Source: a virus
Lineage: Duplodnaviria > Caudoviricetes
Virus record (IMG/VR): IMGVR_UViG_3300045971_000477
Coordinates: 1 to 55,771 of that record
Length of the DNA: 55,771 nt
Direction: 5' to 3' (one strand)
Position numbers and translations under genes: made by a program. The notes beneath the pieces were generated by a model that worked only from the letters and a program-made list of their open reading frames with translations, did not search any database and was not told where the DNA came from. Below, in pieces: positions 9,424-18,657 of the stretch (position 1 is its first letter; each line of letters begins with the position of its first letter).

Positions 9424-9845
9424 AGTCCCCCAGGCTCAAGTGGGAAGACTGCACCCTCCGGCTGGACGGGAAACTGTTCGGGCATATCTGCGATAAGGAT
9501 GACGGGGATAGCTGGTTAGGTTTTCGCAGGCAGGAAAACTCGGACAACCTTGTGGGCTGGCGCAGCACAGAGGCAGAGGCGCGGCAGCTTCTGGAGTCCG
9601 TTGCCTACAACGAAATATCAGAGCAACGACAGGGTGCACCCCTCCCCCCGGGAGTGATCATCACGGGCCAGTCCATCACCCTTGAGCAGGCGGATGCCCC
9701 CGGGCACTTGGTGATCACAATAATTGACGAGGGCACGGGCCCATGCGCAAGGCTTGAGGCGGAGCAATGGACGCTGAACCCTGGTGAGATTGAAATGGTG
9801 TCGGCGTTGGTGAATGAAATGTTGGCTAAACAAGAGAAAGTATAA
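9420..9845 (+). CDS. Hypothetical protein with N-terminal family-B module
   Basis: Start MKSPRLKW at an ATGA overlap; W..L.LDG..G.I...W...STEAEARQLL. Confidence 0.7.
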   Translation: MKSPRLKWEDCTLRLDGKLFGHICDKDDGDSWLGFRRQENSDNLVGWRSTEAEARQLLESVAYNEISEQRQGAPLPPGVIITGQSITLEQADAPGHLVITIIDEGTGPCARLEAEQWTLNPGEIEMVSALVNEMLAKQEKV

Positions 9846-9847
9846 AT

Positions 9848-10348
9848 ATGGAAACTAAATATAGATTGTTGGAACAGCTCGAAGAGTGTTTGGATGGCGA
9901 CGAGGTGCTTACGGTTGGCATGGTCTGGCAACGTGTCTGTGAATGCGTAGCTGGTCAGGACCTTACGCGTCCCATGCGCCGACCCGACGATGGGAAGGGG
10001 AAATATATCATCTGCGGCGACCCGGAGGGTGAGGAGTTTTGGAAATGGGGCGTGGGGTGGGTCACGTGGACGCCTGAAACCAGAGACTGGAACCATGAAA
10101 ACATCTGGCGCAAGGCGCGGGAGGTGGAGAATCCCACCCCCGCACTCTGGGTGGTGGTTCACACTGCCGGTAGTTGCAATGACTACACGTCAGTGGAAGA
10201 CCAAACCTTCTCATCCTGGCAGGAAGCCTGCGAAGCCGCGAAGCAGCAGGCGAGGATCAATGGGGCTGGCGCGGAGTTCGCCGTGGCCCACATTTACCTC
10301 ACGTTCAGGTGCTCTGTTGAAGTCGTGGAAAAGGAGGTGGGGAAGTGA
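9848..10348 (+). CDS. Array protein, family A
   Basis: KYRLL...RRPDDGKG module, LWVVV domain, ends KEVGK. Confidence 0.8.
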   Translation: METKYRLLEQLEECLDGDEVLTVGMVWQRVCECVAGQDLTRPMRRPDDGKGKYIICGDPEGEEFWKWGVGWVTWTPETRDWNHENIWRKAREVENPTPALWVVVHTAGSCNDYTSVEDQTFSSWQEACEAAKQQARINGAGAEFAVAHIYLTFRCSVEVVEKEVGK

Positions 10349-11112
10349 GCAAATACAGACTACTCGATGCAGAAGAACAAATACAAATCGCCGATGAGGT
10401 GAGGGACAGCGGCGTCTGGGAGACCGTGCCCATTGCGTGGGTGGGCCTGCGCAGCGAAGACGCCTCTCCCCGCCCATTCCGCCGACTAGATGACGGGAAG
10501 GGTGCGTTCATCCAACTCGGCCCAGAAGACAAGGCGGAGCCTGGGGACCAGATGCGGATGGACGGGACATGGCGGACGATCTACCCGGGGGGGGAGTGCA
10601 TGGTGGGCGAGCAGACGTTCCGCAGGAAAAGGAAGTCCGTCACGTATCGCCTGATCGAGTTTGGGGAGCGGTTGCAGCCGGGGGACCAACGACTTGGGCC
10701 TCGGAGGGAATGGTGTGACGTTGTGAACAACATTGCGGAGGAATGCGTTACCGCCCTCCCCTTTCGCCGCCCAGACGATGGGAAGGGTAAGTGGGTGCTG
10801 CTTGACCTGTGGACCGAGTTCCAAAGCGACGATGAGATATGGTTCAATGACACATGGACATCGCATTCCATGACAGGGTGGGTTGGCGGCGAGGTCATGC
10901 GCCGACGGCGTTTGGTGCAGATGTTTGCCCTGATCGAAGCAGACAACGTCCTATGCACCGGATCGGAAGCCAACTGCCGCAGTGAAGCTGCAAAGTGCGT
11001 TGCGGCGTTCCCGGAGAAGATGTATCGCGTCTGCAAGATGGTTGATGTCGCGATATACCGCACGCAGGTTGTGACTGAAAACAAGGTCGTGATTGAGGTG
11101 GTGGGGAAGTGA
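10345..11112 (+). CDS. Array protein, family A (duplicated module)
   Basis: Two YRL...PFRRxDDGKG units; ends EVVGK. Confidence 0.8.
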   Translation: MSKYRLLDAEEQIQIADEVRDSGVWETVPIAWVGLRSEDASPRPFRRLDDGKGAFIQLGPEDKAEPGDQMRMDGTWRTIYPGGECMVGEQTFRRKRKSVTYRLIEFGERLQPGDQRLGPRREWCDVVNNIAEECVTALPFRRPDDGKGKWVLLDLWTEFQSDDEIWFNDTWTSHSMTGWVGGEVMRRRRLVQMFALIEADNVLCTGSEANCRSEAAKCVAAFPEKMYRVCKMVDVAIYRTQVVTENKVVIEVVGK

Positions 11113-11306
11113 AAACCAAACGCACAATGACAGCGTGGATCGTGTTTGAGCAGGTAACACGTGAGGCCTGCATTATTCGCGGGACGTGCCTATCCAGAAG
11201 GGCCGCGGTGGAAAAAGCAAAAACCTTAGCGCGGAGGGACGGTCCACATTGTGAATTCTGGGTTTGCGAACAAACGAACATCATCACGAAGGAGGTGGGG
11301 AAGTGA
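11109..11306 (+). CDS. Array protein (resembles the family-A C-terminal domain alone)
   Basis: GTGA overlap; ends KEVGK. Confidence 0.7.
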   Translation: MKTKRTMTAWIVFEQVTREACIIRGTCLSRRAAVEKAKTLARRDGPHCEFWVCEQTNIITKEVGK

Positions 11307-11692
11307 ACTCACACACATGGCAGACAACGGACAACCGCCAGACATGGTGGCTGAGTGTGACAGGTAAAGAGAAAGGCGTTGTGTTTATGATCCCGGGCCA
11401 ATCCTGGTGGACATTCTACACGGACGCCGATCCAGACAAGCCGTTGCCCCACTTTTGCAGCCTCCAGGAGGCGAAGATGGCTCTTGCGAGGGAGGTGAGC
11501 CAACCAAAACGCGACTGGAAGGATTGGGAGACTTATTCAGAATTATTTCTAGACGGTGTTCTCGTAGCCGAAATATTTGAGGGCCTACGCGGAACCTACT
11601 GGTGCTGGCAGTTTTGCGACGCATCCAAGCAGGGACATTCTTGTAACCGCGCCGAGGCGAAGGCTGCGCTGATGAAGGAGGTGGGGAAGTGA
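11303..11692 (+). CDS. Array protein, family B (two fused modules)
   Basis: GTG start; ...EAKMALAREVS / ...EAKAALMKEVGK. Confidence 0.75.
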   Translation: MNSHTWQTTDNRQTWWLSVTGKEKGVVFMIPGQSWWTFYTDADPDKPLPHFCSLQEAKMALAREVSQPKRDWKDWETYSELFLDGVLVAEIFEGLRGTYWCWQFCDASKQGHSCNRAEAKAALMKEVGK

Positions 11693-11892
11693 GCAAGACC
11701 AAGCTGACGTGGGAGAATTACAAAGGCGCGTGGTATCTGAACCACCCGGATTGTTGCGTTGGTTCAATCGACAGGGTTCGGGACAAGGGATGGATATTCC
11801 TCAACTATTGCACGCCAGAACCAACGTGGTCCAAGACCTTCAAAACCCTTGCTGCCGCGAAGGCTGCGCTGATGAAGGAGGTCTCCAAGTGA
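11689..11892 (+). CDS. Array protein, family B
   Basis: WENYKGAWYL...AAKAALMKEVSK. Confidence 0.75.
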   Translation: MSKTKLTWENYKGAWYLNHPDCCVGSIDRVRDKGWIFLNYCTPEPTWSKTFKTLAAAKAALMKEVSK

Positions 11893-12113
11893 AACGCAAG
11901 GATAGTCCCCGGGGCATCTGGTGGGAGCAATTTAAAGGCTGCTGGTATCTGGTATCCCACGACGTGTGCTGGGGCGTGGTGTACCGAGCATACAAGGGGC
12001 AAGAAGTGTGGGGATATGTGAACCACACGCTGTGCGGTCCTGTCGAAACGTCGGGCACATTCACAATCAGAACCGAGGCGATGGCTGCACTTAGAAGGGA
12101 GGTGGGGAAGTGA
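11889..12113 (+). CDS. Array protein, family B
   Basis: GTG start; WEQFKGCWYL...EAMAALRREVGK. Confidence 0.75.
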   Translation: MKRKDSPRGIWWEQFKGCWYLVSHDVCWGVVYRAYKGQEVWGYVNHTLCGPVETSGTFTIRTEAMAALRREVGK

Positions 12114-12310
12114 AAAAACAATGGCACAAAGACCCAGTCATGGGGCACATCCACCGGCTGACCCGGGGGGATGAGCAGGTGGGTGCGGTGGTCAAGGCCC
12201 AGCAGGGGTGGGCAATATACAAGAATCATGCGGGAAAACTGGAACTGTTCGCATCGGCGGACACGTTGGAGGAAGCAAAGGAAACATTGAAAAAGGAGGT
12301 TGGATTATGA
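12110..12310 (+). CDS. Array protein, family B
   Basis: ...TLEEAKETLKKEVGL. Confidence 0.75.
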   Translation: MKKQWHKDPVMGHIHRLTRGDEQVGAVVKAQQGWAIYKNHAGKLELFASADTLEEAKETLKKEVGL

Positions 12311-12792
12311 GTAAATATAGACTGTTGGATGCGAACGAAATGGCTCGCGGGGGCGATGACGCACTGAAGATCGGTGGCTTCGGGTGGGAGCCTGTTACAG
12401 CAGGGGATCTTTACGAGGGACGGTTACCTGGGTGGGTACCTGTTCGGCGGCAGGATGACGGCAACGGGCAATGGTATCTGTTGGAGGAGGGTTGCACCAC
12501 AGAGCAGGGAGATCATGTGTGGGTGAATGCCCACGGGTGGAAGTCTGTGATTGCAGGGCAGGAGATCCATGCTGTGGCCGCACGCAGGAGGCGTGTGAAA
12601 GAACCCACGCTCTGGGTTGTGGTTGCAGATGGGCGCATTTCAACCAATCACTGGGAGGAATCCGCTGCCGTCAATGAGGCTAGGTGCATCAAACAGAATG
12701 CGCCGTGTCAAGTGGTGGTCGTCGCCCACATCACGCATGAGTTATCCATCGAGACAATCCAGACCGGGGTTGTGAAGGAGGTGGGCCATTGA
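12307..12792 (+). CDS. Array protein, family A
   Basis: MSKYRLLD...RRQDDGNG...PTLWVVV...VAHI...KEVGH. Confidence 0.8.
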   Translation: MSKYRLLDANEMARGGDDALKIGGFGWEPVTAGDLYEGRLPGWVPVRRQDDGNGQWYLLEEGCTTEQGDHVWVNAHGWKSVIAGQEIHAVAARRRRVKEPTLWVVVADGRISTNHWEESAAVNEARCIKQNAPCQVVVVAHITHELSIETIQTGVVKEVGH

Positions 12793-13058
12793 AACACCGC
12801 AAATACTATCTCTACATGCGGACCACAGGCATCTGCATCGCGGCATCCTGCGATTTTAACAGCCTGCGGACGTCCGACATGGATCACTGCGACTGGGCTG
12901 TGATCTGCAAGCACCCTGGGAAAGGGCGGTTTGAGGCGCGGGACATCAGCACCGGCGAGTTCCTGCCGCCAGCCAGATGCCGCAAGCTGGTGGAATCGTT
13001 GCGAAAAGCCCGGGCACGGAATGGGTTTGAAGGGGAATTGTGTGTTGTATGCAACTAA
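12789..13058 (+). CDS. Hypothetical protein
   Basis: TTG start in a TTGA overlap behind the AAGGAGGT SD. Confidence 0.6.
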   Translation: MKHRKYYLYMRTTGICIAASCDFNSLRTSDMDHCDWAVICKHPGKGRFEARDISTGEFLPPARCRKLVESLRKARARNGFEGELCVVCN

Positions 13059-13071
13059 TCCAGCCACTGCT

Positions 13072-14499
13072 ATGAACCTTAAAACCACCCCATTCACCCA
13101 CCAGCGGGAGCTATACGAACGCACGCGGGAACTCAATAGATACGCACTATTCTGGGAGCAGGGCACGGGGAAGACTAAGCCCACCATCGACACGGCAGCG
13201 TGGCTGCACATGCAGGGGAAGGTGGATGGGCTTCTGGTGCTGGCTCCAAACGGGGTCCACCGGAACTGGGTCAGTGACGAGATCCCAGCACACATGCCCG
13301 ATTGCGTGAGCTACAGTGCCCACACCTACCATTCCAGCAATGCGGGGAACAAGGCGCACAAGGACGCCTGCGAGCGGCTCCTTGAGGCACCAGGGCTTGC
13401 TGTGCTAGCCATGAGTTACGATGCCGCAGTCACGAAGGATGGCAGCAAACTGCTGGAATCGTTTCTGACAAAGCGAAAGTGTCTTTACGTTCTGGACGAG
13501 GCCACAAGGATCAAGAATCCATCGGCCAAACGGACCAAGGCGGTCCTGCTCACTGCACGGTTGGCGGCATACAGGCGCATCCTTACGGGCACCCCCATCG
13601 CCAACGGACCCTTCGATTGCTTTGCCATGATGAAGTTTCTCAAGCTGGACTTCTGGAAGGACTACTGCATGGAATCCTTCTTCGTGTTCAAACACCATTT
13701 TGGCATTTGGAAACAGGGCATGGCAGCAGGACGGCAGTTCAGTTATGTGGTGGGCTACAGGAACCTTGAACAGTTGCACGCCATCCTGAAGGACCACTCC
13801 TCCAGGGTGACCAAGGACCAGGTGCTGGACCTGCCTCCCAAGCTCTACTCAAAGCGGTATTTTCAGATGAACAAGGAACAGGTCCGGGTTTATAACGATC
13901 TGAAGAACGAGTTCATGACCTTCCTTGACGGTCAACTTGTCACCGCCCCGCTCGTCATCACCCGGATGATGCGCCTGCAACAGGTCACCAGTGGTTACGT
14001 TCCGTTTGACGGGGCAACAACCGTGCAGCAACTGGGCGAGGACAACCCACGCATGAAACTGCTGGAGGAGATCCTCGAGGACATGCCGCACAAGGCAATC
14101 ATCTGGGCCAAGTTCACCAAGGACATTGACATGATCATGTCCCTGGTGGGCAAGGAAGGCGTGCGCTATGACGGGTCAACATCCCCGGATGATCGGGCCA
14201 AAGCCATTGAGGCATTCCAACGGGGACCGGCGAAATACTTCGTGGCCAACCCTGCGGCGGCGGGAGAGGGACTGACCCTGCACGCGGCACGAACTGTGGT
14301 ATATTACAACAACAGCTTCAAGCTTACTGATAGACTACAGAGCGAGGATCGGGCGCATCGAATAGGGCAGGCCCGCCCCGTCTCTTATATTGATCTTGTG
14401 GCGGAGGATACGATTGACGAGCATGTGGTTAAGTCGCTGGTGAAAAAGAGCGACATAGCCCGGACAATCCTGGGCGATGATATTAAAAACTGGATATGA
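13072..14499 (+). CDS. SNF2-family (SF2) helicase
   Basis: EQGTGKT, VLDEAT, LTGTP, GEGLTL, QSEDRAHRIGQ. Confidence 0.95.
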   Translation: MNLKTTPFTHQRELYERTRELNRYALFWEQGTGKTKPTIDTAAWLHMQGKVDGLLVLAPNGVHRNWVSDEIPAHMPDCVSYSAHTYHSSNAGNKAHKDACERLLEAPGLAVLAMSYDAAVTKDGSKLLESFLTKRKCLYVLDEATRIKNPSAKRTKAVLLTARLAAYRRILTGTPIANGPFDCFAMMKFLKLDFWKDYCMESFFVFKHHFGIWKQGMAAGRQFSYVVGYRNLEQLHAILKDHSSRVTKDQVLDLPPKLYSKRYFQMNKEQVRVYNDLKNEFMTFLDGQLVTAPLVITRMMRLQQVTSGYVPFDGATTVQQLGEDNPRMKLLEEILEDMPHKAIIWAKFTKDIDMIMSLVGKEGVRYDGSTSPDDRAKAIEAFQRGPAKYFVANPAAAGEGLTLHAARTVVYYNNSFKLTDRLQSEDRAHRIGQARPVSYIDLVAEDTIDEHVVKSLVKKSDIARTILGDDIKNWI

Positions 14500-14837
14500 C
14501 TAAAAATAGCAGAGTATATGTTGTGCAGGATCAGAAGATGATCTCGCCCAAGGGTGTGCTGGTGAACAAGTTTGACCTGCGACCCGCAGAACCGTTCGGG
14601 GAATTGATCACACTGCTGCCGCCACCCGCCGGGGCGTTTGACGTGGAGGGCGTGATGGCTGACCTGTGGAGCGGCCTGCGCGACTACAGGGACGGTGACC
14701 ACCTGCTCCTGGTGGGCAATCCATGCCTGATCGGCTGGGCTGTAGCCATCGCTGCCAAAATCAATGATGGCAGAGTGTCCGTGCTCCAGTGGCAGGCGCG
14801 GGAGCGGCGATACTTTTCGGTGAGTTGCAGAATTTGA
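14496..14837 (+). CDS. Conserved phage hypothetical protein
   Basis: VYVVQ..D...A..FGEL..LLP...D.LLLVGNP...LQW....RY. Confidence 0.7.
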   Translation: MTKNSRVYVVQDQKMISPKGVLVNKFDLRPAEPFGELITLLPPPAGAFDVEGVMADLWSGLRDYRDGDHLLLVGNPCLIGWAVAIAAKINDGRVSVLQWQARERRYFSVSCRI

Positions 14838-14973
14838 CCACGCCAAACCGCAACAATTATCAAAGTCAAACTAAGACACAAAACAACGATTCACCTGTGG
14901 ACAGTTCGCAGCCACCGGTGTAAAACATAAGCAGGTAAGAGACAGCGAAACGAAACACGAGATTATAAAGATT

Positions 14974-15525
14974 ATGTCAGCAGACTATACGCAATATCAG
15001 GAACCCACAAGCAGCGATGCCCTTGCCCAGTTGGGCAATCTCGCACAGGAGATGACCACCATGGAAACCAGGGTGGTTGAGGCCGAAAAGGCTTTGAAGA
15101 ATGCGCAGGAAGATCTTCGCATCATCAGTGAGAAAACCATCCCGGAAGCCATGGATGCACTGGGCATTGAAGATTTCACGGCGCGGGGTGGCCTGAAGAT
15201 CAAAATCGGCGAGTCCATCCGGGCTTCGATCCCCAAACAGCGGCAGGAGGAGGCGGTCATCTGGCTTGACTCACACGGCTACGCTTCGCTGGTGAAGCGC
15301 AAGTTCACCATCCAATTTGGCAAGGATGAGGAAGAGTGGGCAAACAGGTTCGCGGCGGATCTCGCCAAACGCAAGCGGCAACTCGCCGTTGCCCAGGACA
15401 AAGCGGTTCACCCGTCCACCCTTTCCGCTTTCGTCCGCGAGCAGTTGGAGGCCGGTGCCGATCTGCCTCTGGACCTGTTCGGGGTGTACCGCCAACGGTT
15501 CGCAAAGTTGGAAGTGAGGAAGTAA
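14974..15525 (+). CDS. Conserved replication-module protein (coiled-coil N-terminus)
   Basis: IPEAM..LG...VHPSTLSAFVREQLEAG; upstream of the SSB-like gene. Confidence 0.75.
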   Translation: MSADYTQYQEPTSSDALAQLGNLAQEMTTMETRVVEAEKALKNAQEDLRIISEKTIPEAMDALGIEDFTARGGLKIKIGESIRASIPKQRQEEAVIWLDSHGYASLVKRKFTIQFGKDEEEWANRFAADLAKRKRQLAVAQDKAVHPSTLSAFVREQLEAGADLPLDLFGVYRQRFAKLEVRK

Positions 15526-15526
15526 C

Positions 15527-15778
15527 ATGACACTCAAAGATGCCATCATTCAAGCCCTCGTTGAAGTGGGCCACACCGAAGAGGAAGCCACACGCAAGGT
15601 GATCATCGTGGGCAGTTGCCACGGTGGCATGGCCCAGTTGAATGAGGATTGCATCCCTGATGACGAGGTCCGGGAAGCTGTAGACACGATGAAGGAACGG
15701 TTCGGCTACTTTCAGGCGAACCGTGATGAGGCAAATGAAGTCCGAATCGCGGCGGATAAGGCGAATAGCAACAATTAG
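15527..15778 (+). CDS. Hypothetical protein
   Basis: 83 aa in operon. Confidence 0.65.
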   Translation: MTLKDAIIQALVEVGHTEEEATRKVIIVGSCHGGMAQLNEDCIPDDEVREAVDTMKERFGYFQANRDEANEVRIAADKANSNN

Positions 15779-15896
15779 CATCAACGCACAATTAGCGGCA
15801 CCTGCTTAGTGGTGCGTAGGATGCGTGCAACGCAATCGTCTTAAGTGCCCGGGGACGTTAAAATCCGGCCACAAACCAAAAGAAAGCAGAACAGTT

Positions 15897-16745
15897 ATGG
15901 CAGTAAAAAATACGGAAACCGCAGTGCAGAAAACCAGCCCCCTCCCCCCGCCAGCAATGGTCATTGACTACGGGGGTGATGTGGGCGCGGGCTTCGAGAA
16001 CCAGAGCCAGTCCGACATGCTCATCCCCCGGTTGGTTGTGCTCCAGGCACTCAGCCCGCAGTGCAGTGATCGCGAGGACTGCCGCCCGGGCATGTTGTGG
16101 AACACGGTCACGGAGACCCCTGTCAGTGGCACCAAGGGTGTGGTGTTCGTGCCCGCCACAACCAAGCACCTCTGGAACGAGTGGGTGCCCCGCGAGAAGG
16201 GTGGCGGCATGGCAGGACAACACGCCCCGGAATCCACCGTGGTCCGGCAGGCAATCGCCCAGTCCCGCGAGTTCGGCAAGTATAACACGCCCCACGGCAA
16301 TCAGCTTGTCGAGACGTTCGACATTTATGCGGTCCTGCTTGACGAAAGCAACCAGCCGGAGTCCATGGCGGTGATCTCGTTCACGTCCGCCAAGATCAAG
16401 GTCTACAAGCAGTTTAATACCAAACTGAATATGTTCACTGTCAAGGCACCGGATGGGCGCAAGGTCCGCCCCCCGTTGTTCGCCCACAAGGTTCGCCTTG
16501 TGACGGTCAAGGAGAAGAACAACAAGGGCGAGTTCTACGTGTTCGATCTCCAGCCGGCGGACGGGTCAGTTGCCGAAAGCCTGCTCCCCCCTGGACACGC
16601 GGCCCTCGAGGCGGCAAAGGAGTTGCGGTCTGTTGTGGACCGTGGCGAAGTGAAGGTGGCTGATGAGAACGCTTCCTCCCACCGGGAAGCACCAATTGAT
16701 GCGGACGTTGTGTCCGACACAAACAGCACCGGCTGGAATGCCTGA
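15897..16745 (+). CDS. Putative single-stranded DNA-binding protein
   Basis: GFEN....D..IPRL..LQALSPQ, EW.PR..GGG, acidic tail ending in an aromatic residue. Confidence 0.65.
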   Translation: MAVKNTETAVQKTSPLPPPAMVIDYGGDVGAGFENQSQSDMLIPRLVVLQALSPQCSDREDCRPGMLWNTVTETPVSGTKGVVFVPATTKHLWNEWVPREKGGGMAGQHAPESTVVRQAIAQSREFGKYNTPHGNQLVETFDIYAVLLDESNQPESMAVISFTSAKIKVYKQFNTKLNMFTVKAPDGRKVRPPLFAHKVRLVTVKEKNNKGEFYVFDLQPADGSVAESLLPPGHAALEAAKELRSVVDRGEVKVADENASSHREAPIDADVVSDTNSTGWNA

Positions 16746-16816
16746 TTAACCAAGTCCCCCCGGAGGAGGTCCGATCCCTCACCCGGGTGGGCAATAACCA
16801 AGAAAGAGAATTGAAC

Positions 16817-17098
16817 ATGACGGAAAAAATGAAAGCGTTGGTGACAAAGCACACGGGGAACAGCAGGCTGCATGTGTCCTATGGCGTGTCCTCCAACTAT
16901 GACACAGGCCTGACTGCTGGGTTCACAGCCTACATGTGGGTCGGTGCCGCCAGCGCAACCTTCAACGCCCCGACTCTGGAGGAACTGGACGCACTGCTGG
17001 GTGCCAATGCCCACCATGCTGCGGTTCTACAGATCAAGGAGAAACGCATCGCGGAACTCCAATACGATCTCAGCCGTCTTCAGGGGGTGACCCCGTGA
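16817..17098 (+). CDS. Hypothetical protein
   Basis: Start MTEKMKAL; GTGA overlap with the next gene. Confidence 0.6.
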   Translation: MTEKMKALVTKHTGNSRLHVSYGVSSNYDTGLTAGFTAYMWVGAASATFNAPTLEELDALLGANAHHAAVLQIKEKRIAELQYDLSRLQGVTP

Positions 17099-17325
17099 GT
17101 GCCACCAACGAACCGATTGTCCGGCACTGGCCCGGAACCACCGTCAAATGGATGACCTATCAGGTTGGCCGGATGGTCAACCGCCAGGAGATTGTGCCGC
17201 AGTTTCTGGGGCGTGCAGTGGTGGGCACCAAGACCACCAGCAACTTCGTCACGGTCTTCAAGCTCATGGGTTGGGGAAAGACCGAAGAAGACGCTGTCAA
17301 GATGGCACACAAGAACGGGATTTAA
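17095..17325 (+). CDS. Hypothetical protein
   Basis: GTG start overlapping the upstream stop. Confidence 0.6.
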   Translation: MSATNEPIVRHWPGTTVKWMTYQVGRMVNRQEIVPQFLGRAVVGTKTTSNFVTVFKLMGWGKTEEDAVKMAHKNGI

Positions 17326-17333
17326 CGCCGAAC

Positions 17334-18314
17334 ATGAAACGATCCTTCCAATTCTGCATATCAACCAGCAACATCTGCAATCTGAAGTGCCCCTCCTGCC
17401 CCATCGGGCGGAGGGAAGAACAGAAGGCAGTTGAATGGCTCACCCCACAAAAGCTCCAGGCCATTATGACCAAGGCATTGGGCGAGTGCAGGGTGCCCCG
17501 GGTGACCTTCGTGGGGTGGTGCGAACCCACCTTGAACCCCGACCTTCCGCTCATGGTCCGCATCGTGCGTGACCACAAGGTGGCATGCTGGGTGACAACG
17601 AACCTGACCGCGAAGTTCGACATGGATGCCCTGCTGGATGCGTCCCCGGAGATGATCATCGTGTCCACCAGCGGGGTGACTCAGCGCACCTTCGCCGTGG
17701 ACCACCCCGGGGGCGATGTTGCCGCCATGCTCGACAGGCTCTGGTATCTTGCTGCCCACAAGCGGAAAGGCACCAAGCTCATGGTCCTGTGGCACAGATA
17801 CAACTACAACGAGTCAGAGATGGCGCAGATGGAGGGCTTGTGCAAACGTGCAGGCATCCACTTCTGCCCAGTGTTCGGCAAGTTGCTGGGGATCGAAGCG
17901 ATGCAGGCAGCGTTCGGCGGTTCCCGTGACCATGACGCCGTGATCGGGCGGATGATCCACCACATAACGGACATCCGGGATGCGTGCTTCAAGCATCGGA
18001 AGGCACCCTGCCGCGAGATCCAACGGTCCATCACCATTGATGCCTGGGGTCGGGTGCGCGTGTGCGGTGTGGCCTATCACAATGGTTACATGGGCGACTA
18101 CCTCGCAACGCCCATCGCGGATCTGATTGTCTCGAAGGGGAACAATCCGTTCTGCCGCCGGTGCATGGCCATTGGAACCCAGAACTGGGCCAACGAAACC
18201 ATGACCTGGAAACGGCGCGTGATTGATCGCGTGATTGGGGTGGGCTTCGCCACCGCGGGCCGGTTGATGACGATCAAGCCCACCATGCACAAGGGTCTGA
18301 GCACGGATCTGTAA
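17334..18314 (+). CDS. Radical SAM protein with SPASM/twitch-like domain
   Basis: CNLKCPSC, GWCEPTLNP, TTN, C-terminal C...IDAWGRVRVC...CRRC. Confidence 0.85.
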   Translation: MKRSFQFCISTSNICNLKCPSCPIGRREEQKAVEWLTPQKLQAIMTKALGECRVPRVTFVGWCEPTLNPDLPLMVRIVRDHKVACWVTTNLTAKFDMDALLDASPEMIIVSTSGVTQRTFAVDHPGGDVAAMLDRLWYLAAHKRKGTKLMVLWHRYNYNESEMAQMEGLCKRAGIHFCPVFGKLLGIEAMQAAFGGSRDHDAVIGRMIHHITDIRDACFKHRKAPCREIQRSITIDAWGRVRVCGVAYHNGYMGDYLATPIADLIVSKGNNPFCRRCMAIGTQNWANETMTWKRRVIDRVIGVGFATAGRLMTIKPTMHKGLSTDL

Positions 18315-18375
18315 ATTTCCGCAGTGGCAATACCGCCGGGACCATGCAGTTACTTGACTAACTATCCTTATTAAC

Positions 18376-18651
18376 ATGGCCCAAGAGCCACAACGTGGCG
18401 AAACTGCGGGATCTAACTACCCCACCACCATGAACGATTCATACCACACGGAGATATTTGGGCGAGGGGCCTTTGGTCCCTCGGGCGGTGGGGTCCATTT
18501 CATCACACTGAAAGCGTTCCTGAACAACATCCAGCAGATCGCCGCCAAGGACATGGCAGCGGATTGCAAATGCCAGTCCTGCAATGATCGCAGGGCGATT
18601 ATGAAACTGGCTGCGGATGCGATAATATTGATGGCAACGCCCACACACTGA
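18376..18651 (+). CDS. Hypothetical protein (start may be 18430)
   Basis: CKCQSC motif. Confidence 0.5.
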   Translation: MAQEPQRGETAGSNYPTTMNDSYHTEIFGRGAFGPSGGGVHFITLKAFLNNIQQIAAKDMAADCKCQSCNDRRAIMKLAADAIILMATPTH

Positions 18652-18657
18652 TCCCTT

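Noticed and set aside
10331-12792. KEVGK junctions as CRISPR repeats or integron attC sites
   Set aside because: Spacing is 200-760 bp of coding sequence, the motif is not palindromic, and no integrase or cas gene was seen
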